Shown piece after piece: positions 17,885 to 43,842 of a stretch of DNA of 64,000 nucleotides (positions within the stretch are counted from its first letter, which is position 1; the number at the start of each line of letters is the position of its first letter). This DNA is from Eledone cirrhosa (lineage: Eukaryota). The position numbers and the translations under genes were made by a program. The DNA is taken from NCBI GenBank assembly GCA_964016885.1, contig OZ024746.1, positions 92,628,001 through 92,692,000 on the forward strand. Reading direction: 5' to 3'. The notes beneath the pieces were generated by a model. That model made no database searches and was not told the DNA's origin. It saw only the letters and a program-made list of their open reading frames with translations.

Positions 17885-18252
17885 ACTGTTGTTGTTGCTG
17901 GACACTCCATCGGTTACGGCGATAAGTGTTCTAGTTATTCGAACAACTGAACGACTTGCTCGTGAGATTAACGTGTAAATGGCTTAGAATTCCACAAACA
18001 CGTGAAATATTGCACAGTATGTGACAAGAATGGGTCTTTGAATTATGGGAACACAACATTTTTACCAGCCGACTGGACAGGAACAATGTGAAACACTTTC
18101 GGGAATTGACCTCTTGACCGAACACCCCTAACTATTAAGCCATGAGATGAATGTATAGGAAAGAACATGTATCTCTTAATGACACAACACTTTCGGGAAT
18201 TGAACTCATGACCTTACACTCAAGAGCCGAACACCCCTAACTATTAAGCCAA
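17885..18252 (-). mobile_element. Second SINE family with duplicated tRNA-like head (copy at 36823-37190)
   Basis: Minus strand TGGCTTAATAGTTAGGGGTGTTCGG...GAGTTCAATTCCCG occurs twice. (AAC)n tail. Confidence 0.6.
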
Positions 18253-18554
18253 GAGATATTGTAAATGGTTAGTTATACGAATATTTTTATCTTACCCTTT
18301 TCAAGATTTTTTGCAGCATTTACTGCATACAAAGACAACAATGAGAGCGAAAATATCATCAACGTATTCATCTGAAAGTACATATATTATTTGAATTAGT
18401 GACTGGTAGTTTCACCTTATCTATCTATCTTTCTATCTATCTATCTGTCTATTTACCTACATAACGATTACTGAAATTACATAACGATAACATCGAAATT
18501 ACTGAATTCTAAACAGGATAGGATAGGGATTCCCAAGCAGTGGGCCCAGTTTCA

Positions 18555-18950
18555 ACAATTGTTTCTATGGAGACAAATATAGTGTCACAGTATGATGAAC
18601 CAAACAAATAATAATTAATAATTTTAAAAGTTTCTCAAACAAAAAATCCCTATTTTATCAGGAAACATCGATAGATACGTTGAGTTACTTAACACATACA
18701 GAAGAATAGAAATAAAACAAAAATATTAAAAAAGTAAAACCAATTTCTCGAAAGCCTTACGCAAATCATTTGCCCAAATTCTTTACATGTTCTCTTCACA
18801 TTTCGATGCTTGGTTTCAATCTATTTTTCCTGAGGAAATGGGCATTTTTTGCTTGACTGCCATTTAGATTATTAATTATTAATTGTTTGACTAATTAATT
18901 GTTTGGTTCTTCGTACTGGGGCACTATAGTTGTCTCTATAGAAACAATTG
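18555..18950. mobile_element. Unclassified ~395-bp TIR element (copy at 38015-38408)
   Basis: ACAATTGTTTCTATGGAGACAAATATAGTGTCACAGTATGATGAACCAAACAA is imperfectly inverted at 18898-18950. Confidence 0.65.
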
Positions 18951-19614
18951 TGGAAATTAAAGATGGAATTTGAGAAACAACCAGGGTTTTCATTTGTTAT
19001 TATATATATATATATATATATATATATTACAGTGAGATTATATGAGTACTTAAATTCGTTGGGTTATACACCCCCAACTCGTTCAGCCTATTGTACAAAA
19101 ACATTATTTTATATAACAGTCTGAATGTGTTCCAGTGTATAACTCAACAAAACTTAAATATGTCATAATAATATTTAACTCGTACTATGGACTGAATATT
19201 CTACTAAATATTCTACTAAACTTAAATTACAGTATATCTATATATATGTGTGTTTGTTTATGTGCGTGCGTGTTTAGGGACCCATTTTTAAGGATGTTTG
19301 TCGTTAGTTGTTTCCAGCACGATTTTTTATGATATGCGAGGCAAAGCTTATAATACCAATGATTATGTCAGAATTGTATAATGATTAAAAACACAAACAG
19401 GAAATATTTGGAAAAGTTCACTTACTGTTAAAAGTAGAGACCAGCGAAGTAAATTTGAGGTATGAATTAACTACAAAGAGTTATTTATATAATGAAGTGT
19501 TGCCAATATTGATGAACAGATGTTTTTCTTCTACAGTTTATGACACCAATCGTTGACAGCTAACGAATGTATATATATATATATGTATGTATATAAATAT
19601 AAATATATATATAT

Positions 19615-20983
19615 ATCATCATCATCATCATCATCATCAGGTTTAGCGTCCGTGTTCCACGCTTGCATGGGTTTGGACGGGGGTTTTCCCACTTGAGGCA
19701 AGAGTGGTTGTCTTGCTCGCATAGGACTGTCTGGCGGGTTTTCTACAGTTGGATGCCCTTCCTAACACCAACCACATTTACAGTGTGGGGCTGGGAGGTT
19801 TTTACTGTGTTGCCTACACGGCCACATTACAGCGTGGACTGTCTGGCGGGTTTTCTACAGCTGGATGCCCTTCCTAACACCAACCACATTTACAGTGTGG
19901 GGCTGGGAGGTTTTTACCGTGTTGCCTACACGGCCACATTTACAGCGTGGACTGTGTGTTTTTTTGTCGTGACACCTACACGATCTCATTTGTTTCGGCC
20001 TGGATGTTGTGGGACCAACATAACTTTACATTGAAAGGGCGGTGTGGGTGGGGTGGAGGTGGTGGGACGGGGGGGGGGGTGTTTTCATAGAGATGCCTAC
20101 TGACTGTAGTAGGTTTTTACTTTGTATTTAGGTAAGGCGGGTCTTCTCTATTACTGAGTACCGCCAAAGGTCTCGGTCCAGTGACATTGTCTTGGAGAGG
20201 TGTAAGCGTGTGAGGTCGGAATTTATCAGCTCGTCCCATGTTTTTCTGGGTCTGCCTACTCCGTGGCTACCGTCTATCTTTATTGCCCTGCACTTTGTTA
20301 TACAGCTGTCGTCTTTCATGCGCATCACGTGACCGTACCAACGTAGCCTTCTCTCGAGTAAACAACATCTGATCCCTCTTATTTCTAATTTTTTCCTTAG
20401 TTCGTTTATGCTTTGCCGTTCACGTATATTACTATTGCACATCCAGCGGAGCATGCAAGCTTCGTTCCTCTCTAGTCTACGTATATCCTTTGCACACAAT
20501 GCCCAGGTCTCACTGCCATGCAGCATTGCTGTTCGTATGCAGGCATCGTATAACCTGCCTTTCATTTTTAGGGAGAACCCTCTAGCGGCTAATAGTGGTA
20601 TAAGCTCTCTGAACTTTTTCCATCCAGTTCTGACTCTAGCTACTATACTTTCAGAGCACCCTCCCCCACTGCTGATTTTGTCACCCAGGTAACGGAAGCT
20701 GTCCACTATTTCTATAGAACCCTCTGCGCAGTTGAAGGAGCTAGTATTTTGTGGGCACTTGCTGCTACTTATTGCACCAGAGCACCGGCCACATGTAAAA
20801 TCTATGTTCTTAGTTAGCTTACCTGTGATCCCACTACATCTTTTATGCACCCATACTTTGCATTTGGGACATAAAATGGAGTTTCTACCTACGCCTTTCC
20901 TACACACTGAGCATGGCCATTTCCCAGATGGGACTGCCGCCTTATTTTCTTTCCTACAAACTAGAACTTTAGTCTTAGCCAGG

Positions 20984-20986
<3 letters not shown>
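19615..20986 (-). mobile_element. 5'-truncated RTE-clade LINE with PHD finger inside RT; only in copy A
   Basis: Open frame 20128-20986: NLAKTKVL-[CSVC..CPKC..WVHKRC..CGRC]-VDSFRYLG..MLHGSETW..RRLRWYGHVMRM..GRPRKTW. (GAT)n tail, and a ~111-bp tandem duplication in the 3' UTR. The empty site is pure (TA)n at 39025-39108. Confidence 0.92.
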
Positions 20987-21022
<36 letters not shown>

Positions 21023-21220
21023 CAATGATTGATGGAGGAAGCAAAAAAATTGTATATAGCATAAATAATCGATTTCATTAATTACATTGAATGTTGTAAT
21101 GCATTAATTATTTACCTCCTGTCGCATATCACTTGATGTATTATGTCTATCATTAAAAATTAACGTTTAATCGTACTTCTCTGGAAAAAACAGATTCCAC
21201 TTACAATCACTTTACACATA

Positions 21221-21299
21221 CAGGGTGTCCCGCAAAAATGTATACAGACTTTGATTAGAATGCTGTTGAAGTGTGTATGCATTTTGGGGGTATACCCTG
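21221..21299. mobile_element. 79-bp Tc1/mariner-type MITE with TA TSD (copy at 39308-39386)
   Basis: TA-CAGGGTGTCCCGCAAAAATGTATACA ... TGTATGCATTTTGGGGGTATACCCTG-TA. Confidence 0.75.
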
Positions 21300-21347
21300 T
21301 ATATATATATATACATGATAGATGTTTCATAGAACTCGTAAACATCC

Positions 21348-21379
<32 letters not shown>

Positions 21380-21396
21380 ATATTTATGTATGTATG

Positions 21397-21444
<48 letters not shown>

Positions 21445-21449
<5 letters not shown>

Positions 21450-21922
21450 AATGAGTTATTTGGATTTTTGATTATTCAACAAAGTTAATTTACAACAGAT
21501 TAGAAGCACTCATTGATTTTTTTATCCGGAGTATCATTAATATCGTCTAAATCCGATCTAGGTATTATTAGTAAAAATATACTTGATAGAATACTCTATA
21601 CTCAAACAGAAATCATATCTCAAACTTTGGAACGATACAAATGAAGTAATAATATGGTCTGTAGTCATTAAATCTAAAAATAATACAAAATTTATACAAA
21701 TGGATATAGCTAATTACAATTCTTCAATAACTCCAAATTTACTTAATAAAGCACTAATATACGCATCAAAGCATACTGACTTATCTAGCGAAGAAATAAA
21801 CATTATATTCACTGCACGAAAAACTCTTATTGAATTTAACAACGATCTCTTGACTAGAGCTGATAGACCGAAGAATTTCGATAATACCATGGGCTCTTCT
21901 GACTCAGCTCAGGTCACAGATT
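21445..21922 (+). mobile_element. Hydra-type PLE 5' part, cut by the duplication/deletion breakpoint
   Basis: SKSDLGIISK, FIQMDIANYNSSI and TMGSSDSAQVTDL. Paralog of 39562-39971. Confidence 0.85.
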
Positions 21923-22267
21923 TGTTTAAAAGTTTAAAAGTTACACGTTCAAATCCCATCGTAGCAAATTTTATCTTTCATCTCTTGGGGTCATTACCGA
22001 AAAGTTCCGGTTAAGTGTTGTCGATATAGTATAACATTGCAGAGGTGATTATAAAGGAATATAAGATGTGTTTATTATACGTAAACATATTGTATATGCC
22101 TCCGTATACACCTCTATTATGAATCACGCTATGCTAGTGCTACTGCTATTAATTGAATATTAGGTCACAGAATTCATCTTGTCGTTCATTTGTTGGCATA
22201 TTTCTCCTTAATTAATCACCAAGAGAAATCCCTAATAGTTTTAAATATTAACAAAATATATCATCTT

Positions 22268-22355
<88 letters not shown>

Positions 22356-22388
22356 TCTGTCCGTATATCTTTCACTCTCGTTATCCCT

Positions 22389-22755
22389 CAATGTGGAACT
22401 GATGTAAATGTTGTGGATGTTAATGGTGTTACCCCATTACATTTGGCCAGTAGGACACTGACATTGTAAAAGTGTTGTTATCAACGTTGACAGATAAAGT
22501 GAATGTGAAGAATATGTATGGTGACACCCCCACTATATTTGGCCTGTAGGTGGAGGTCACACTGAGACAGTGAAAATGTTGTTAGTGTTGACAGTGAAGG
22601 GAAATGTGAAGAAAACGTATGGTGACACTCCACTACATCTGGCCAGTAGGTGAGGACACAATGACACAGTGAATGTGTTGTTGTCAGTGTCACCAATCAA
22701 TGTGAATGTTGTGAATGTTAAGGAAGCCACCCCACTACATCTGGCCTCTAGTTAG
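22389..22755 (+). pseudogene. Ankyrin-repeat coding remnant (~3.5 repeats) with frameshifts and stops
   Basis: GTDVNVVDVNGVTPLHLASR/GHTDIVKVLL..VNVKNMYGDTP/LYLAC/GHTETVKMLL..YGDTPLHLASR*GHNDTVNVLL..INVNVVNVKEATPLHLASS*. Not present in the ORF track. Confidence 0.92.
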
Positions 22756-24095
22756 CAATAACATAATATTTAAAACATACAAAATTTTCAACACTTGATA
22801 CTTTATTCAAGAAAGGTGAATTACTAAATCAAAATGGTAAATAAATCTTTTTTTCTATTATTTCTCTTAGGACTATTGTTAATTCTGAACATATTATAGC
22901 AACATGACTGAGTTAGGAAATACATTGTGTCTATGTTTGTGTAAATTTTAAAGAATTACAGGAGGAGCTATAATTAAACATGAGATGAGAGGACAATGTA
23001 TGCTATATTGTAGATTTGGCATAGGTATGAGAAGAGTGTTAGACAATGCTATAAGGAAATCGAAAGTGTAATAAGCTGAGAGTGAAATGAGATAATTACA
23101 ATATTGTTAGAATATGTAAGATGTTTTTATAGATAGAAAATATATATAAAAGTTAACACATTTTGTGCCCAAATATGCAGATATTACCTGATATAACAAA
23201 ATGGGAAAATATTGACTAAAGCCATTGTGACCATCAGTTGACCTCTGATGATAGGAATGTCTGACAATATAAAATATAGATTTTAACCATGGAGAGAAGA
23301 TCTATACAGTAAAGTGAAGAACTTGGGAATATGTTTTAGGTTCTCAAAAACTGAATGAGAATGTTCTCTGAAAAGTAGCAGAACTATTAGGAAGCAAATG
23401 GTTTCAAGTTGGTCAGTATAAGGTTATAGTATCTTGTTGATTTCTATAAATTTTACTTTTAACTGAATTGGTAAAAATTGATAAATTAGAAGACATAATA
23501 TGACTAATATTGTCTTCTAAAACAAGGAATAAAAATATATTGATATGTTGAGGTAAACAAATGAGTTAATGCAAACATTTTTGCTTGTTTTTATTGAAAC
23601 ATGAAATTTATAGATAGGTTGTTGTAGTTGTTTTTGTTTCAAATCTGTCATGATCTGCAGATTTTTGATGGAAGGGATTCCAGGTGTGACCACCCTACTT
23701 TATTCCTATTTTCAGAGAACCCACAATCACATTATCCAACATATCCTTTGAAAGTGTTAGGGTACTCAATGTAAACAAGGAGTATACAAGAGGTTTGTGG
23801 AACCATAGTGGAACTTTGTAAAGAGGAAATGCACAAATGGAATAAGATGGTTGGGTCGGGAGTTGAGGCAGGATAAAAGTGACTTGGTGAGAGGAATAAT
23901 GAAATGAATTTGGAAGGAAGTAGAGGAAGAAAAGAACCAAGAAAGACAGCTAAAAATAATGGATGAGGAAATGAAAGTCAGAGGTTTGTAGATGATAGGG
24001 AAAAGTGGAGAAGCTTGTTATGCCTCTTCCCTGCAGGGCTAACCCCTGTTGTGTTCTAGAGAGTTATAGAAGTGTATGGAGTGATTAAACATTTA

Positions 24096-24565
24096 CAGGG
24101 CTGCTCAGTTTTAAAAGGACATTTGCATGAATTCAGGAAAATATGCATGTCATGAAAGAAGAGCTTTATTTGAGGAAAAATTGTCATGAATAATCTTGAG
24201 ACTCTTCTTGACACATCTACTCAATGAATCAGCTGTTCGTATCGAAGACTGCTTCAATACAAAGTCTGAAACGTAGACATACTCGAATCAGACAATTTGT
24301 ATCTATTTTGGACATTGTACTAGTTATGGCGGATTTCAGAGATTTTATAGTGTTATGGATGCATTGATTGACTTCCCTCTTCACTATGCTCCATTTGTAG
24401 TTGTCCAACAGAATCAGGTCTGGCGAGCTAGAAGGCCATATGTTTGGGGTGATGTGATAATAGAGATTGTTATTCATCCATACTTGGATCATCTTCCCTT
24501 AAGAGATGGCGCAGTCTTATTGGTAAGTGTATGGCCTTCCTTTGCACATGCTCTCTATCCAATGC
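24096..24565 (-). mobile_element. Tc1/mariner (maT/DD37D-like) transposase C-terminal remnant
   Basis: GRPYTYQ*D...WPSSSPDLILLDNYKWSIVKREVN..HNT..SL...FRLCIEAV. Ends CCCTG-TA. Confidence 0.8.
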
Positions 24566-24984
24566 CTTTTCTCTGGGAAAAAATTTAATATTTACAACTA
24601 TCTATCTATTTGTATTCTGATAAGAATAAAGTTGATCTGGCTTGTATATTTACCTGATTGGTAGGTGATCAAATGGCTGGCTGATATCTTAAAGTTTGTG
24701 TTACAAATGGTTGAGTCATTTGCATCATGGAACTGTAGGAGTCTTGATCCCTCAAACCATACCTCTATCCCCCATGTACTCCAAGGTAGTCATCATGGAG
24801 CTACTCAACATGTCCGTTAAATTTAGCAGCCAGGATGATGAAATGCTTGTCACTTGTCATTGATGTCTTGGTACATATTAGAACCATGACTAATCCAGTT
24901 AGAGGTTGTCAGAGAAACAATTGTTTGACTGTAAATAAATTCCCCTTTTTTGTACTGTTGACCATGTTATTCTTCACATTTTTT

Positions 24985-28035
<3,051 letters not shown>

Positions 28036-28207
28036 TATATATATATATATATATAACGAAGGTGTGGTAAGGAACCAGATGGACCATAACGCACCAGAGT
28101 ACTCAATACTTAGGACAGTAGAGTGGGTAATAGGAAAATGTTTAACGCCGACGGCAGAGCTCAAGCCGTTTCGAAATAACCGTCAATACACCCACAAGTA
28201 TACATAT

Positions 28208-28289
<82 letters not shown>

Positions 28290-28298
<9 letters not shown>

Positions 28299-29230
28299 GG
28301 TGCATGTGTACGTGTAAATATATGGGTATATATGAACTAGAATATGTATATGGGCTGTATGTATGTTTATATGTAGGGAAATAAATATGTGAGCTAGCAT
28401 TATCCCCCTCCCCCTCACCTCCCCTCCCAAACCAATATTAACAACATACATTTCTATCAACAAATATTCCAAAACTAACCTTATTTTTCTCTTTGCTGCC
28501 ATCCCATGTTTACCAAAAGACATGTATCTTACAACTTATTAATCAGTCCCACCACCATACACTCGCAAATTCATCTTTAATATAGAAAATTGTTGAAGTT
28601 TTTCTTTATTTAAGATAGTTTATTCAGCTCTAAGAAAAGAATTTGAAAAGCATCTGGCCTTTATATTTCATTCACCAAAGATCGTCTATTGAAATGGAAC
28701 CAGCAAGGGCACTTTCACAAGCCCTTTCTAAAAAAAAAGACTCCTTACACCCCCCTACACCTCCCAACTCCACTCTCAATCAATTATCTTGCATTTACCA
28801 TTCACTATTTTCTTGTGTGTATATATGCTTTAATTCCTTTAAATCTTCATCAACACTCCTTCACTCCCACACTCATTAACAACCCCACCTCTTCCTCAGT
28901 TCTCTTATATATAGAGTCACACATCACAACACAACCTGAGAGGAAAGTTAACCAGGAATCTTTAAAAAATCTCCCCACCAAAGTTATCAATATCAAAGTA
29001 GAGAATAGAGTGTAGCAACTTCTAGAGAATCAAACATTCCAGTTGTTGTCTTCCTGTTTCTTCTACAACTACAACGGTACGTGATGAGGCCCAGCCACAG
29101 CCCCGGCAGACAGAATGGAGAAGGTGTTTCCCCGGAAGACGGCAAGGGAGACGCTCTGGAAGAGCCTCTCCAACTCGCGGGACTCACACCTGCGGCTGGC
29201 CAGCTCAGCGCCTAACAAAGAACTTACTAT
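28290..29230 (+). mobile_element. Older Neptune-like PLE 3' region with nested CRE tail
   Basis: Diverged homolog of 27200-27950, split at AAAGTT / TAACAAAGAACTTACT. Confidence 0.7.
28995..29212 (-). mobile_element. CRE LINE extreme 3' end (restriction-like endonuclease C-terminus + UTR)
   Basis: GAELASRRCESRELERLFQSVSLAVFR/GNTFSIL resembles RE..L.QR.S.A..RGN. The UTR shares ATAGAGTGTAGC with 14116. Confidence 0.7.
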
Positions 29231-29569
29231 ATATATATATATACATTACAAATAAAACCATATACTGTTAATTATATCATATTTTAATTAATGCAATTTT
29301 CTTCCATCTTACAGGATATGTAATTAATTATATGATCCAATAATTGGATTCAACAGAATTAATTTTTTTAAATACATAAGAAATATGAGAAAAATATATA
29401 AGAAACAATATTACCTCTACAAATCATTTTGTATATGTGTTTACCTTACCGGGAAAAATGTTGGATTTGAATACGACCTACACCAATATTTCATGTAGCC
29501 GTCTGAGTTGTTTACTGTAATAAATCTCATATTCTGAGCTCTAATAACTTCTTGAAAACGACATATTTT

Positions 29570-29649
<80 letters not shown>

Positions 29650-29804
29650 CACCGATGAATTTGTTTTGCGAGGTTTTTGATATGAAATCGTGTGACGAGA
29701 CAAATATTGTTATACTTGGGGAGGGTCATATTGTTGTAATAATATTGTCAGAAATAATAACATAAAATAAAAATGGCGTAGACATACAATGCAACAGGAG
29801 GACC

Positions 29805-29850
<46 letters not shown>

Positions 29851-29859
<9 letters not shown>

Positions 29860-30026
29860 AAACGAAAAATCAGTGATGCATCTGGACTCAATTTATTGTG
29901 TGTTACAATTGTAACGTGACACGATCATTGTATGGATCTGCATGATTCTGGAACTGCGGGTTCGTCGGACACTGGCAATAATTCCAGATCAAATTTTCTC
30001 CCTGCAATTTTTCGTTTTATATTATA
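29851..30026. mobile_element. MITE with 20-bp perfect TIRs next to (TA)n
   Basis: TATAATATAAAACGAAAAAT / ATTTTTCGTTTTATATTATA. Confidence 0.7.
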
Positions 30027-30100
30027 TCACACTCTGCTCTGTAAGAACATAGAGTGCTCAACCGGCATACCGCCTTTGGAAGCATCATAGCTACCACCAA

Positions 30101-30534
<434 letters not shown>

Positions 30535-30689
30535 CTTTGAATAACTTTGAAATGTTTTGGCCAGTATTGGCCCAGGCCATGTCTAACTTAATAGCACCAC
30601 CTGGCGAAGTCTTTCAATTCAGGATTTGGGCACCATGGCCCATTCGAGAAGAGAATTACTGTTTGCGGAGACATATCCGGGTGTGGGTG

Positions 30690-30880
<191 letters not shown>

Positions 30881-31048
30881 TTATATATATATATGTACAT
30901 ACATATATGTATACAGACGTACAATAGTATGTATATTTATATATATACATACATGCACACATATATATATGCACGTATCGGTTTACCGAACATTTATTAT
31001 AATGCTCGTTTGTTTGTTTGTAAACAAACAAACAGCCCAAATTACGCG

Positions 31049-39971
<8,923 letters not shown>

Positions 39972-42389
39972 GGTTGGAATCTTCATTCTTAATGCCTTAC
40001 ATAGGAAATTGCCGGAAATTGCCGGAGGTTTATATCGTAATGATGCGTTATTTATAGTTGATAAACATAGGAATAGTGAACTTAGCATCAAAAAGAAAAT
40101 TATTATAGACTTCTTTAATAATTATGGCCTAAAATTAGAAATAGAAAATGATAATAAAATTGTTAATTTCTGAGATGTTACACTAATCTTTAACTCTGGC
40201 CTATATTACCCGTTCCAAAAGATTAATAAAAACCTTAACTACGTTAGCATCTACTCTAACCACCCTAGAAATGTTAAAAAGGCTATAGTTAATAGTGTCC
40301 AGCAATGAATATCTAGACTTTCAGCTAATAAAAAATATATTTGATAACAAAGCAGAATATTACAATGACGCTCTACACAGAGCTGGATACAATAATAAAA
40401 TTAACTACATAGATAAGAATAGTATACACCAACCTCCTAAAGTTTATTATAATATTAATAATAAACAAATTAACCAAAATAATAAATCAAATAAAAAAGC
40501 CAGAACTAGAAATATGATTTAGTATTCTCCTCCAATTTCATTACGAATTAAGACACCTTTAGCACACCAATTCTTTAAGGCTTTAGACAAATGTTTTCCT
40601 AAGTCCCATAAGTATCACTCCATTTTTAACAGACATACAGTCAAGCTCTCTTACTCTACTACTATGAATATAGCACAAAATATTAATAGAATTAATAATA
40701 GAAATTTAAAATTAAACTCAACCCAAATAAACTCAAATAACAATAATAATATAACTAGTAACATTACTGTTAATAGTAATAATAGCGAATGCATAAATAA
40801 TAATACGGCATCTCTAAATAACAATATAAGAAAATGTAATTGCAGAAATAACATCTTATGCCCTTTACAGAATAATTTCCTTGATAGAAATTTAGTATAC
40901 ATATGCACCATAAAAACTAGAGATAGATTATATAATTATATAGGAGCTACTTCTTCAAAATTTAAGGACCGTTGGTATAATCGATCGGACAAACAATTCA
41001 CAATTAATTTGGTCTTTAAAAGACAGTAACACTGACTATTCAATCTCTTGGCGAAAGATATCGAATGCGGCAGTTTACCCAAATATGGCTCTCTCAAGAA
41101 TTTGTCATCTTTGTATTGAAGAAATCCTTCATATAATATAATCCTGGTAACATTATTAACAAAAAAAAAAAGGAAATATTTAATTTTTGTTTGCATCGAT
41201 TCTCCACAACATTTCACAATATTTATAATTTATAGAAAATACTGCACTATGGGCTATATAAGTTGCCTATGTACAATATATATTTTTGGTTGTCTTTAAA
41301 TGTTCTTAAATTTATACATAGAAATATATTATTATTATCAAATCTATACATAGAAATTCTTATTATTATCAAAATTTATGCATAGAAATATTTATCTATT
41401 TATTATGATCAAAACCATATTTACTATATGGTGCTCTGAAATCTTATAGAAATGTTTAGTTATATTATAATATAAATTATAATTAATTATTAGGTTAGAT
41501 ATTAGATAAAACAATATATTTTTGAATAATATACATTCCTTAAATTTCTAAACACTAGAGTTTTCTTCCCATTAAAAAGGTTTTATTTACAATTCACATA
41601 TACGATACATTCAAATTTACATAAATGTTTCAATTTATATTACTCACCTTATACAATAATAGATTATGCATAATACTATACATATTTACTTTAAAAAAAT
41701 ATAATTACTTTCACATTCTTAAAGTATATATAAAAAATGCATATATATTATCGCTTGATATATCTTACGCTCATTTATAATTCTGTCTATATATTTTCTT
41801 AAATAAGATCTATATTCACGCATAATCATTTATGTACTAAATAATTTTTTATAACGATATACAATAATGTCTTATACTACAATACATTATATTTATAACT
41901 GCACTCATCATAATATTAAAATATATCCACTCGTACATCTAAATACAGGGTATCTTTCACATATTATAATGTTGTAATTGTTTTAATAAATTAATAGTTC
42001 TCAATTTGATACAATACATTATGATTCTCACCTAAATATTATAAATACTTCCATATTCTTAAAATATATAAAAAAATTAAATAAATAGATATAATTACAT
42101 CATTCTTTCTATACCCATATAAATATGTTTGGGTGTATATATGTATATTTCTATATATAATCCTAAAATAACTATATTTTTCTCAAATTTAATAGCAAAC
42201 CCTTTAAAAATATTTAGATAAATATTTAAAATCTATCTAGCGTCTAAACTTAACGGACCTTTTCAGTTTTAACGTTATCCTCATTAGCATATTTACCCTG
42301 AGTTTTGAAAACTGATATTCACTATATTCACTGAACTTATAACATGAAGTTCACATGAAGATATGTCACTATCTTTACACCAATTATTA

Positions 42390-42450
42390 TATTTTATCTG
42401 ACGAAAGCGTACTAAAATATTAGTACCCTTGAAATACGTATAATAAAATA
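42390..42450 (+). ncRNA. Minimal type-I hammerhead ribozyme, canonical core
   Basis: TATTTTAT-CTGACGA-AAGCGTACTAA(AATA)TTAGTACCCTT-GAA-ATACGTAT-A-ATAAAATA. Perfect 8-bp stem I, long stem II and palindromic stem III. Confidence 0.88.
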
Positions 42451-42480
42451 AATATGGTTTTATAAACATATTTCCATTTA

Positions 42481-42521
<41 letters not shown>

Positions 42522-42694
42522 AATAATTCAGTTCAGGTAGACGCGCTCAATCATTCACTTTTCTAAAAAGATATATCATACACCAAACGCCAGCTATAAC
42601 AATTTTCCAAGTGATGAACCTGTTATTTTTCTCGAAAAACATTTTTCAGATTCCGCCCTGCCCATCTTTTCAATCTTTTTAATTTCTCATTCTT

Positions 42695-42730
42695 TTTTCT
42701 GGTGAAGGACTAGCGTCCGAAAGGTTAAAA
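42695..42730 (+). ncRNA. Degenerate minimal hammerhead in a ~280-bp (TA)n-flanked element
   Basis: TTTT-CTGGTGA-A-GGAC(TAGC)GTCC-GAAAGGTTA-AAA. A paralog lies at 44312-44342. Confidence 0.5.
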
Positions 42731-42793
42731 CTATCTTCCTGCTATTTCAAGTGTGCACAGATTGTGTTGTTATTTCTGTATATCTTTTACATA

Positions 42794-42839
<46 letters not shown>

Positions 42840-43035
42840 TTTATTTAGGTTTGTTGGTTCACCACTGGATAGAACTGGTCATTCCTTATGGTAAACCTCA
42901 ATGTAATATTATGGAGAGCACTCAACGTAATGCAACTCACCCGTCTTCGTTTGTGTAGTTGGTGGTGCGTGTACGGAGTTAATTATTATAAAATAACAGG
43001 AGGCTGGACTGGTGCAATTCCTTAAAAGGTTTATT

Positions 43036-43096
43036 ATACTATGATCATTTCAATGACCGGGTTCAGTATGAATCCGGTGACATCATCATCAGGTAT
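43036..43096 (-). ncRNA. Minimal type-I hammerhead in a ~360-bp (TA)n-flanked element (42835-43195)
   Basis: ATAC-CTGATGA-[..ACCGGATTCA-TAC-TGAACCCGGT..]-GAA-ATGATCAT-A-GTAT. Confidence 0.8.
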
Positions 43097-43190
43097 TCGA
43101 AATATAACAAAGGAATATAATAGACAAAATCCATGGGGCTGAAAATCAGAGACATGAGGGCGACCGAACATTTAGCAGCTTCTGCCCCGG

Positions 43191-43281
<91 letters not shown>

Positions 43282-43623
43282 GAGGAAAGAAAGAATAAAT
43301 CATTCCCGCAGCTGGAATTGACGTTTGTTCCTCAACTGTCTGTGTTTTTTTTTCTTTTTTTTCTTTTTTTCTTTTTTTTCTTTTTTTCTTTTTTTCTTTT
43401 TTGCTTTTTTTCTTTTTTTCTTTTTTTCGCTAATCCATTACTACACCCACTAGTAAAATCTTTATTATTTCCACATCATTTTTAAACTCCCTAAATTAAA
43501 ACCTTCTTTGTTTTTAAAACTAACATTATCCAAAGTTTTGAGATTTCAGTTTCGAAACTCCTCATAGGATGTTCTGGGAAAGATTATGGTACCTTTGCCA
43601 ACTTTTGCCATGATTCTTTCGTG

Positions 43624-43842
43624 GCAGGTGATGGATTAGCAGTATCGGTAAGGGCATCGAACAAAATGCTTTGAGATATTTAATTACGACTTCTAACAAT
43701 TTGAGTTCGAATCCCGCTGAGGTCAACTTAGATTTCATCCTTTCAGGATCGGTAAAATAAGGTACCACTCAAGTACTGAGTTCGATATGATCGATTTTCC
43801 ATTAATCACAAGTTGTTGGTCTAAGCCTAAATTAGAAACCAT
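43624..43842 (+). mobile_element. SINE, near full length, diverged
   Basis: TAGCAGTATCGGT A-box, GAGTTCGAATCCC B-box, and the family body and tail. Confidence 0.8.

Noticed and set aside
43624-43720. tRNA gene (A/B boxes)
   Set aside because: No cloverleaf. The boxes are the head of a dispersed SINE.
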